Positions 36,361 through 47,149 of a stretch of 64,000 bases of DNA are shown piece after piece (the stretch's first letter is position 1; every line of letters begins with the position of its first letter). The DNA is from Tricharina praecox (lineage: Eukaryota). Both the position numbers and the translations under genes were made by a program. The notes under the pieces are model-generated. The model was not told the DNA's origin and made no database searches. It was given only the letters and a program-made list of their open reading frames with translations. Location of the stretch: the NCBI RefSeq assembly GCF_024521635.1, contig NW_026250412.1, positions 992,001-1,056,000 of the forward strand, given 5' to 3'.

Positions 36361-36705
36361 AATTTTAATTTTTAATATCTTTCTTTTGTTTAGAAATACT
36401 AATCCGTCCGGATGGAAGACTATTAGGGCCCCGTAGGACCTGGAAATGTTTAGATCAACCTCTGCCTACTCTCTCGCATTGTGTATTCTCGTTCTCACGA
36501 CCCACTTGACAGCCTGGAGAGTGATTGGTGGAAGAGCCCTCGCAAAACTGCTCTGTTCTACATAGCGAAAGCGGATTCAGGGTTGACTCTAGATGACAAC
36601 ACCAACAGATAGCGGACGGCTCACGAAAGGTTTGACTTTAAAAAATTAATTTTATTTCTGAGGAATAGCCAGCTATTCCTTATTCCCCCTCCCCTCCCCC
36701 TTCAG

Positions 36706-37212
36706 TCACACGACTGAGGGCCAGTCCAAGAACCGATGGCAGGCCGGGACCACGATCTCGACCGAGATCGCGTCCGCAGACACCTCCGCACCCTTGGCGA
36801 TTTGGGCGAACCTTGGCGGCAGCCCGTGGATAGTAAGAAGCATGATGGCCTTCACCACCACGGCGGCGATGGTGGTGGTGGCGACGGCGAGCACCGACTG
36901 CACGAGCTCGGCGTACTCGTACGCGGAGGAGAGGAAGCATCGAACACCGTTGACGGCGGCGGCGTACGTCGCGCCGAGAGCACCGACGACATCCGCCGAT
37001 GTTATCAGCGCGCTGCTACTGCTTGTAGACATGAAGATCAGATCATCATCATCGTCGCTCGAGTCATCGCAAGATGACTCGATGGTGGTGGCAGCGCCCT
37101 CATGCCCCTCGGCGAGGGACTTCGGGGTCTCCGGAAGAGTAGCCCCCAGAGGGTCGAAGGTCTTGTGATTGACCATTCGACCACTCTGTTCCAACTCGTT
37201 AATTCTAGGCAT
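36706..37212 (-). CDS. hypothetical protein
   Basis: Open frame from MPRINEL with acidic patch and hydrophobic C-terminal half; CT-rich leader upstream; no recognised family. Confidence 0.3.
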   Translation of the reverse strand: MPRINELEQSGRMVNHKTFDPLGATLPETPKSLAEGHEGAATTIESSCDDSSDDDDDLIFMSTSSSSALITSADVVGALGATYAAAVNGVRCFLSSAYEYAELVQSVLAVATTTIAAVVVKAIMLLTIHGLPPRFAQIAKGAEVSADAISVEIVVPACHRFLDWPSVV

Positions 37213-38916
37213 GGTGTGTGATGGTTCTAGGATGGCGAGGTTGTTATGATATTTCATTCTAAGAGCCGAGATAAACAAACCGGTGTGAGTAAGAGGTCGA
37301 AAAGATTTGCAAAGGAGAAAATTTGTAGCGGGCGGAGGAAGGTGGAGAGTGGAGAGTGTGAAGAGAGAAGGAAAGAGTGGGAGAGCAGTGGGAGAGCAGT
37401 GGGGGTTTTGTAGAGGTTTCTAAACCTCAAACTTGCACTAGCGGAATCACGATCTCCTCTCTTCCCTACGGGCCAACTCGCCCGCTCTTGCCACCTGTGC
37501 TCTGTCCCTTCGTTTGAAGGTTTTCCAAATCCTTTCTATGGGGCTTGCGTGGCTTTTGCCGCCCGGCATTCCTGCTCCCGCCGATGAAGACGGTCACATA
37601 TACGCCGCCCCTGCCGCGAGCACTATCAGGTCATGACTGGAAGCTTCCCTCTCTTCCAAGTCCCGCCATCTCTTCTCCCCTTTCCCTTTCCCTTTTGGAG
37701 CGAATGCGAAATCATGAAGAACCGCCGCGTAGGCTGCAGAAAGGTCGAGTGATAATGTATGACCAGCGGCAGCTGCCGGCAGTTGCAGTCCCAACTCCTG
37801 GGTTCGAAACGCTAGTCTTAAGGCTCAGGCGGCTGTCGCGTGTCCCGTCCATTTTCACCTGACTGTGCATGTCATTCGACTCACCATGCCATGCTCCCCT
37901 AGGTACACAGTGATCGAGATATCCAGGCATGCACGAGACCCGGCTGTGCACCGTACAGCAAGCACAGGAGATTTACGCAGTTCACGCAACATACTACCCG
38001 CTAAATTTCTAAGCGAGCGGCGACATACAACCAGACGACGAAATCGGACAGGAACGGGGAGGAAAGCAGAGTCAACAGCTCGTGGTGGTTGGATTTGAAG
38101 GAAGACGTGGGAAGAAGAATGATGTAGAGGCAAGCGTGGACGCGGACACCAAAACATCGGGCGACCGCGATGGTCAAGAGACCAAGACCCCAGGGCAGGC
38201 ACTTGGAAGTTGGACGAGCAGCTGGCTGAACCCAGAGCTACCTTGGCCTTAGTTGGCAGGGGATTCCAGCAGCTCAGCGGAATCCCGGACTCCCAAAGAT
38301 CGGAGCGTGGCGAGCTGACCCTGAACAAGGAGAACTTGATGGAGGGTGGGGAAATTCGAGAGGCCTCCTCTCTCTCTCTCATTATATACAGGAAAGACGA
38401 TCAAGAACAGCGCGATATCCGCGGTAAGGCCAGCAGCTTATCCACAGCAAGGACAGTGTGGTATCCGTGAGACCAGGAGCGAATGCAGTAAATACCCACG
38501 GCAGAAACCACGAACGACAGCGAAGTCAGTGTGCAATCCGCGGTGAATAGCCTATAGTGTGCATCCACGGTGAGGCAGGCCCGACACAGCAGGACGGCGT
38601 AGGACAACGATGCATACCCGCTGTACGAAGACCAGGGCTGTCTGACAGCGAAGGACGGCGAGTATTGACAACTGCATGTTCCATCATTCATCAGATTTTG
38701 TGCCGTTACCGCAAGTAGTGGAGAATTACAGTGACATTCGCAAGTACTACTATTTGCCGTCAATAGAGACGACAGGTACGCATTCATTACGCCGCATTGC
38801 ATGTATCCTGGGGTATATGGGGACTACATACGATGGTTCAACACCTGGTGTGGTTGATAAGCCTGTTGCGCATGCTGGCGCGACGGGTTCATAACCGCGC
38901 GTAGTAAATTTACAGC

Positions 38917-39027
38917 ACGGAAAAAACCCCGTGTGGCCTTGTGGTCACGCACCCGGCGGAGTTAGCATGGACAACGGTCCATCTATCGGGGTTTCCAAGC
39001 CACCCACCGGGGGTGGTGACGGTTTTT
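38917..39027 (+). ncRNA. Family A, copy A13 (alternative interior)
   Basis: Outer stem and 3' hairpin are consensus, flanks match A5, interior is different. Confidence 0.5.
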
Positions 39028-39207
39028 GGTTCGAGCCACAGTTCGGTTTTTTTTTTTGTTTAATCATCATGGCCTTCGGCCTTAGCAGGTCATGGCAGAT
39101 TAGATGTCTTTTTCCAGCCGGCTGTCACCGACCTCTGGCAGCGAGCTGGATACCAGTTTCCTGTTGCTCGCCGCCCAGCCCTTCCCTCGAGTCAAACCTA
39201 CCCGCTT

Positions 39208-40258
39208 ACCGCTCTGTCAAATATACTAGGATCGATAGGAGGATAAGTAGGAAGATGTAACTGTTTTTTCTATGAGCCGTGACAGCGAATAGTTCAGCCG
39301 CCGGCGCGCGAGGTGACTTCGACCCCGTCTCCGACGATTGGAGTCAGGTCTGCTCGCTCGTTTCGCCGGACGAGCAAGTTTTTGTGGGGTCTAGCCCTTG
39401 GCGGCAAAAACTCGCTTGGAACCTGGCGGCTCCTAAATCACTTATAAAACCCCCCATTCTACTCCTCCTTCTCTTCTTCTCTTTACAACCATCACAGCTT
39501 CCATTCTTCCTCGACTACTCTCCTTTCTTCCTTCCTTCCTTCCCCCCATCCTGCCTTCCTTCCCACATTCCTTTCCTTCCTTCCCTCCCTTCCTTCCACC
39601 TAATCTTGAGATCAACCCTCAGGTACGTCGTTCTCTGTCCCCCGCTTTTTACTTCCAGGATAACCTTACAGGGCTATCCTGCTCAGCCGGAGTAGCGAGG
39701 AACTGAGGGATCCGTGCAACCGGTCTACAAAGTAGACTATTGCAAGAGACGGATCCAACCCTCGAGGCTGAGCAGAAAAGATCCAAGGACGGGGTTTTCT
39801 CTTCTGCTGCCGGCGAAGTTCTTTCCCCCTTCCGCCAGGATTCCAAGTCGGGTGAGAGCCGACTTGCTCCCGGTGGATGGCTTCTCCGAAACCGGGTAAC
39901 AGACGGTTTCGTGTTGACGAGGAAGAAATAAACTAAAAAAAGTATAACTTCCGAGTTCTACGCGTATAACCTGGTCTACTATCCCCCCACGTTGTACGCG
40001 GAGGTCTTCTTCCTTTCATAGCAAAGGTCTTACCTCCTGGCCATGCATGAGTGAGATGCATGCGCCATTAGCGAAATGTTGTTGCTCTGGCTGCTGTGCG
40101 AGACGATGACATTGGCTTCTTGATTGACTGCGGTCTACACTCTCGATGCACGGCTGCTTCCCGGCGTCTCCCTGTTTCTTGGCTATCAAAGATACTAAGA
40201 TCGGTAGGAGGATAGGTGGGACGATGTGGCTGTTTTGTTGCTTCCTTCTTCGTCTACT
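39208..40258 (+). repeat. Family B, copy B4 (X-Z-core-X; single internal unit)
   Basis: X block at ~39208-39270 and ~40183-40258; lacks one ~220-nt internal repeat unit. Confidence 0.85.
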
Positions 40259-40267
40259 ACGGGTTAG

Positions 40268-40594
40268 CAGTGCAGGCAACAGCCCGAAAAGCCCATGGGC
40301 TGGGCTGGGGCTTGTGGGCTGATCTGATAGCCCGGGCTGGCGCCGATGGGCTGGGCAGGCTGGATCCTAGAGTTGGTAGGGTAACTTTACGACAATAGAT
40401 AGGAAATCCGTTGGTCAACGAAGAGTAGCAGTGAGACGAATCACAACAGCTCACTCGCTGCAGCCCACCAGCCCGGGCGCGCCTGGCTGGTGGGCTGCTC
40501 AAAGCCGGGCTGCCAAGACCAGCCCAGCCCGGGCAGGGCTAGACGCGCCGGGCTGCGGGCTGGATTTGATTGGGCTGGGCTGTTGCCTGCACTG
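40268..40594. mobile_element. hAT-like MITE, 327 bp
   Basis: 18-bp TIRs CAGTGCAGGCAACAGCCC/GGGCTGTTGCCTGCACTG; many subterminal GGGCT/AGCCC repeats; no convincing TSD. Confidence 0.75.
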
Positions 40595-40913
40595 TCTGTT
40601 CGTACGTAGTGTTATATCTTTGGTGCGCTCTATAAGCCAGCTGAGAATAGATATGTAAACGACACTGCGTCGTTGTTCTTATCCGTCACGTGGCACACAC
40701 CACTTTATAAGAATCGAATTCATGTTTCTGGTACGGATCTACCGCAGCGTGAGATGGAATAATCATCCAGACGATCAGTTGTGGGGGCCCCGGGGGTGTA
40801 TCGATGAAGCAGGACAGGTTCCGATCTGGCGGGCGTCGCTTCGTTGCCGTTGTTATTGTCCCATCACGGGGTGGAACACACCACTTTATATTTTCCAATT
40901 TGCTGTTTCCATC

Positions 40914-42755
40914 ACGGAAAAAACCCTGCGTGGTCCAGTGGTCCCCTAGGGTACAAGTAATGAGGCAAACTAGCATTTTATGGTCAATGAGGTCGCAAGA
41001 AACACCATCCTAAAATGATTTCACTCAATTAGTGAATGGAATGAGGTCCAAGATGTCGCATTAACGGAGATGTCACTCAATGCAGCAGAATGATGAATGC
41101 GACAAGACGTAGAATGCGCTGGGTTTTGAGATGGTATTGTTGCAAAATGCGATATTTTGGATAATTTGCAGTATTATAAAATGCGTTACATTCATATGTG
41201 GTACTAGTATACGGCTTGTCCTCCTATGCCTTCCTCCATTTGCGCCGCAGCGTACCTCCCTCTCCCGACCGCGGATAGCACACTCTCCTTCCGCAGTCCT
41301 TGCTATACTTGCCGTTCTCGCCGCTGTTCTTGCTGTCCTGCGCTGACTGTCAGCTGTTGGTAGTCCCATACTCTCGCCGCCGCGGGTACCACACTCTCTT
41401 CGCCGCGGATACAACACTGTTGTGGTGGAAGAGTGGTGGAGGAGCGATCTGTGAGGAGGAGCTGTCTGCGAGAGGGGGGACTGTCGGCGAGGAGGAATGT
41501 CTGCGAGAGGGGGGACTGTCGGCGAGGAGGAGTTGACAGCGAGAAAAAAAGCTACTAGCGAGAAGGAGGAGTGGTCAGTGAGGAAGAGTGGTCAGCGAGA
41601 AGGACTTACCAGCGAGGAGGAGTGATCAGCGAGATGAAGAGGAACTGTCTGCGAGAGCAGGAATTGCGGCCCCAGAAGGAGTTGCGGGGGAGTAGGAGCT
41701 ATATGAGAGAGGAGATATCAGCGGGAGTAGCAGTGGCAGTTGCGGCAGGCGGGAGAAGAAGTTGCGGCGGGGTAGGAGTTGCGGCGGGAGTGAGAATTTC
41801 AGTGGCGGCGGGAGTAGCAGTAGCAGTTGCGGCGGGATTTGAGAATAGCAGTTGTGGTGGGAGAAGGAGCTGTGATGATGGCGAAAAGAAGAAGAAGAGG
41901 AGGAGGAGGAGGAGGAAAACCCCACCATGCCCGCCAATGTTGATGCACACCACTAACCACATTCGGTTTCTCCGGCAGATACGTCCTTATCCTGCTGCCT
42001 CCTTCCGCCGACAGCTCTGAGCTCTCTCGCCGGGCCTTGATAGTCTACGGGCCGGCCGAACTATTCCCAGGCCTGGCCGTTTACAAGTCCGTTGTGTGGT
42101 GGCAGACGAGAGTAGATGTTGATCATCTATCCCGTAAATGATGGTGATGACTGGAGAGAGAGATGAGGTGGAGGTTGATCGTGTATTCTGTAGACGATGA
42201 TGAAGATGATGAGAGAGAGAGATAAGGCCTCTCGGACGGCCTTCAAGTTCGCTGCCTGCTCGCTGCCTGCCCGCTGCCTGCTCGCTGCCTGCCTGCTGCC
42301 TGCCTGCCCGCTGCCCTAGCCATCCACACTAACTACATCTGTTTCCTCTCGCCGACTACTTGGGTACTCTTATACATACCACAACGCATTCTATGACAAT
42401 GGCGCATTCATCACCACCACCATCGCAGCTGGTTGCTTGCACGTCTTACGTATTAACTATGAGATTCGCATTTACTAACATCACTGCAATCAGCACGAGG
42501 GAGTTTGCTGCATTTACTAGCAATAATGCATTTAGCACGGCGCGTATCTGTCACCAAATGAGGAGCATCTCATTCTGCGACATTTCGGGTGCAGTCAATG
42601 AGTGATTCACTCATTCCTCGTACCCTAGGGGGTCTAGGGCCACGCAATCGACGAGGGGAGCTGAGGGAAAGACCCCGGTTCAAAACCGGGTGAATACCTT
42701 ATGTATTTAGCTCTTGGGATTTCCAAGCCACCCGCCGGGGGTGGAGATGGTTTTT
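40914..42755 (+). ncRNA. Family A, copy A14, split by a transposon (40914-40942 + 42634-42755)
   Basis: Rejoined sequence has A-box TGGTCCAGTGG, B-box GGTTCAAAACC in a CCCGG/CCGGG T-arm-like stem, consensus 3' hairpin and T5. Confidence 0.55.
40943..42631. mobile_element. non-autonomous CMC/CACTA(EnSpm)-like DNA transposon, 1689 bp
   Basis: 22-bp TIRs CCCCTAGGGTAC(A/G)AG(T/G)AATGAG; 2-bp TSD GT; subterminal AATGAG/CTCATT repeats; interior of simple repeats, no transposase. Confidence 0.8.
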
Positions 42756-43603
42756 GTTTTTTGCATCATGGGTTAAGCACGGAATATCACTCGATAGCAG
42801 TCATCACCTGACATGCTTTGTGATGGCGGCTCCTTTATAGTTTAATCATCATTGCATTCAACCTTGGTAGATCATGGCAGATTACACATCCGTTTCCACT
42901 CGGTCTCTGGCACCGACCGCTGGCTGGAAGCTCGATACTGGTTCCCTATTGCTCTCCGCTCAACCCTCTCCGCTCCGTGCGCTGCAAAAGGAGTCCGTCC
43001 CGTCTATGGGTCCGGACGGACTGGACTTAACTGGACTGGGCTATGTATGTAGAAAACTGCTTTCGCGATGATAAAACGCTAGAGACCTCTAGCTCTTTAC
43101 GGGGCTTTCATCAAAACATTGACCTCAGCCGATGCTGGACTTCCCCGAGGCGTGTAATCTGGAGGTGTCAAATTGTTAGTACCCTTCCATATATACAGAA
43201 TATGTCTGCCATTAGGAGACAGACCCGACAGCGATACCAGACAGCCGAACACATCTCCTCCTCCAGATACAGTTCGCATGGCCGAGTCGTTGACTCCTTC
43301 AGAATAGTGCTCCTTGAAATTCACCACCACCTTACAGCGGTTATGAGGAGAGATCCCCCATGTGCTCCGTACGGCGTAATCTGACATACTCAACCCGCCC
43401 CGCGAGGTTCATCCGTTGCCAACCACGGAACCAAGAACTCGCCGTGATCGTGGTTTTTACGAGTCGATGGCTTGGTGTGCGTTCCGGCTCGGTTCCATGG
43501 TTCATCTAGGTACTATGGCTTTGTCTGCTGGCAGGTTTGAGGCGTCTAAGTGAGTATCAGGTGCGTAGCTACATGTTATCATCGGAATCAACATTCTTCT
43601 TGT

Positions 43604-43714
43604 ACGGAAAAAAAACCCCTGCGTGGTAGGCCACCACCCAGCGCACGGAGCTCCCGGTCCGACTTCAGGGGGAGAGGGGTTTCCAAGCCACCCACCGGGG
43701 GTGGTGAAGGTTTT
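43604..43714 (+). ncRNA. Family A, copy A15 (shortened/diverged interior)
   Basis: ACGGAAAAAAAACCCCT...AGGGGTTTCCAAGCCACCCACCGGGGGTGGTGAAGGTTTT. Confidence 0.45.
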
Positions 43715-44737
43715 CTAGTCGTTCAGTTGGGGCCGCGGTTGGAGCCACGGTTCAGCACGGGTTTACTTAACTATCACTCGCCGCGTGAGATCGCGTGGCC
43801 AGCCCCTGCTCGTGTCCGGACTACGTTTCGCCATAGTCTAGATACCTAGGCTGCATGCGAAATAAAAAGGAAGATCTCTCTCTCTCTCTCTCTGTCCGGA
43901 CTACGTAACTACAAAATCATCCGTTCCCAAGAATACTCTCGAACCCGCCCTACTCTTGAGCTGTTCGGACACTCGGTCCACGGGGGCAACAAGGCCGCAG
44001 CGATGAGCGAGATACCTCGACAGGACCGCATCCCCTCCTCTTCGAACAGGCTGACAAGCAGCCAGTCAAAGACGGATTCACCACCCTCAATCCCGAAGAC
44101 TCTGCTCCCGGAGTCTCCCGGCTCGCAACCACACTCATGGTCCCCAGACAAAGGTGGTGAGCACAGACATCGATCCGGTAGATACGGCATTTTCTCTGGT
44201 AGTGCTGGGGCCGCATCTCGCTTGTAGTAAGCAGTGGCCATTAGTCCCGACCTGCTCTCCCGCCTCCGACGCTCCGGAACCAATCATTCTCGGCTCCATT
44301 GCGACGCCGTCTGCCGCGCACAAGAGCAGTGCGGACCCTCGCATTCCTAGCCGAGCAGATCACCGCTACTCTGACTCTGCACTCCAGACGCACCCAGAAC
44401 CGTATCATCAGGTATATATCCCCCCTCTCCCAGACTGCTATTTGAAAGGCCAAGTCCTAACACACCCCCGAGCGTTCGCGCGAACGATCATCACACTATA
44501 AGACTCGCAAATATAACCTCTATCGCACCATGATTCCTAGCTATGACTCCTCGGGCACCCTCATTGACGATAATTTGTAATATCCGGTGCAGATCCGGTA
44601 CAATAACTGTCCGGAACACCCTGTGTAACGTGAGGTCTTAGCGTGATGCATGTATAAAGACGTACCCGGAGCGCCTTGCTAAGTGGCTACCCCGCCTCAA
44701 TCCATCCGGCATCTACACGCCGAATTGACCTCCAGCC

Positions 44738-46159
44738 ATGGCCCAACACGAGCTCCCGTCGTTCCTCAAGCCTACCCTGCGCGTCTCCCAATTCACTGTC
44801 GCGATCCCTGACAACGACATCGCCGACTTCAAGACGCTTCTCCGGCTCTCCAAGCTTCCACCCGCGACCGCTACAAGTGATGATCGTCACTACGGCATAA
44901 CTGCGTCGTGGATGTCTGAAGCGAAGCAGAAATGGCAGGATTTCGACTGGTGAGCACCCCCCCATCCAGCCCGCCCGAAATTACGCTAAACGACGCCTCC
45001 ATCACAGGAAAGCAACGGAATCAAAGCTCAATTCGCTCCCACAGTTCACCACCGAAATCGACGACTTCACCGTCCACTTCGTCGCCACGTTCTCCGAGGA
45101 TCCGGATGCGGTGCCATTGGTGCTCCTTCACGGCTGGCCCGGATGCTACTACGAATTTTATCCACTAATTACAGCGCTCCGGAAAGACAAGCAGAAGAAC
45201 TACCACATCATCGTGCCCAGCCTACCAGGGTACGCTTTCTCCACCGCCCCGACGGATCGGCAGCTGTTGTTGAGCGAAATGGCAAGCGTGGTGGACCGGT
45301 TGGTTGTGGGATTGGGGTTTCCCGGGTATGTCGCGGTCGGCGGCGATATTGGCTCGCTCGTGGCGCGGGGGTTGTCAGGAAAACCGGCCTGTCGGGGGGT
45401 CCACCGTTCGTTCTCGCCCCCACCCCCGAGGAATTCTCTCTGACAAACAAACTCCAAGTGAACATGTATGTTCTCCTCTCGGAACCACCCACCGCGGTAT
45501 CCTCACTTCCCAGAGTGGATCAAGAGTGTGTCGCGCGCGGTGAGATGCACAAAGAAGATGGCACCGCGTACGCTCTGATCCACGGCACACGGCCCAACAC
45601 CATCTCGCATGTCCTGGCGAGCAGTCCGCTTGCGATCCTGGCGTGGATCGCAGAGAAGTTTCTCGACTGGACGGAGGAGGACCCGTCCATGGAGCTGATT
45701 CTGGAGGTGGCGACGCTCTATTGGTTCACTGAGAGTTTTCCCAGGGGGATTCATCCGTACCGCGAGGTTGCTCCCGGCCCAATGCTTCTTTCCGGTGGGT
45801 GTGTCGCTAACGGACGGGACACTGCGTGGTGTGTACATAGTACCACAACATCAGAACCACAAAAACCGACTGGACAGATACTATCACGATCAGATCTCCC
45901 TACGGCTATTCGTGGTTTCCGAAGGAGATAATCCAGAAGCCACTGGAATGGATCGAGCACGATAATAAGGATGTTCCGCTAGCGGTCTTGAAGAGACACG
46001 ACAGGGTACGTACGCACACACACTCCTGATGGGCCACTGTTGATGATGATGGCGGGGGTGAAGTGTGGCCATTTCCCCGCGTTCGAGTGCCCGTACATTT
46101 ATGCGGAGGATATCCACGCGTTTGTGGAGGCGTTGGTGATGATGGAGAAGAAGATGTGA
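44738..46159 (+). CDS. microsomal-type epoxide hydrolase (alpha/beta hydrolase), 5 exons
   Basis: N-terminal ..WQDFDW, LLHGWPG, VPSLPGYAFS, GGDIGS nucleophile, WIAEKF, YSWFPKE, GHF.AFE.P; introns 44950-45007, 45406-45458, 45767-45840, ~46006-46063. Confidence 0.9.
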
Positions 46160-47149
46160 TATCCAAGAACCGAGCGCCAGTTACATACATCGGAACATTA
46201 GTTTGTTGTTTCTGCTTTGCGGGTCCGGTTTCCAACGAAAATTGAGTTGCCTCGAAACGAAACCCTGGTAACTGCTAGCCCTTTCTTACATCCGGAGCGC
46301 GTGATGCACAGGCAGACGGCTAGTCCCCACCAACTAACTCCTTAGTTGACGTCCACCGGCAACGGTCCCTCTTAGCTTCGCACTGAGCCATACCCGTGAG
46401 ACACCAATTGGAACACCGTTATTTGGAAAACATAGATCGAGATACGGAGGAGCAGCCGCTCTCCACCTCTGCGCGATCAGAGCTAGCTACGCGTAAATGA
46501 GATTCTATACGAGTTACCCCACAATCAGGGAGGGGCTTCACTATCATACTAGTACTAGTACTGATGCCTGGACGGCTGATCGGCATGAGCATCACCACCT
46601 TCGGCTCTTGACCAATCATCAATGGCCACTCAGCCGAGGCGGTTGATTTTGCCTGTCGATGAAAGACACCGATGTCCCAGACTTCCAGACTCCCAGCTGC
46701 GCAAATTCGCCTAGATGTGCAGCGGGAAGGCCAACGGGACCGCATTGTCCCACTCCCCTCCGATCCCCTCCCTCCCAGGTCCGGGAGAGAATCCTCGGCT
46801 CGCTCTCGCTCTCTCGCTGAGCCTGGCCTGAAGAAGCTAGCCACGGAGCGCGGAAGGAAGATGCCGTCGTTCCCCACATTTCCACCAACCACTCTAGCGA
46901 CGTAGATATGTAATCGATTGGGGAGGGATCGGTTACTGCTCGTGCATATTCATAGAACGGTCCGGTCCGGTTCTCAAAGTGCACTTATTCAAGACACGTT
47001 CGCTGGCATACCCTATTCTATGACTGCACACTCATTACTTAAGGGCGGGCGAGCGGGGCTTTCTTGCAGTGATCGATCTTGACTTTTCTCTTCCCGCCAC
47101 TGCCGACACTATAGTACTCGACATATCTACATACACGCAAGAATCGAGA

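Noticed and set aside
37755-37815. Possible tRNA (GGTTCGAAAC)
   Set aside because: Isolated B-box-like word with no cloverleaf.
41571-42020. ORFs inside the CACTA-like insert as transposase
   Set aside because: They derive from GAG/GCG-rich simple repeats; no DDE or Transposase_21 motifs.
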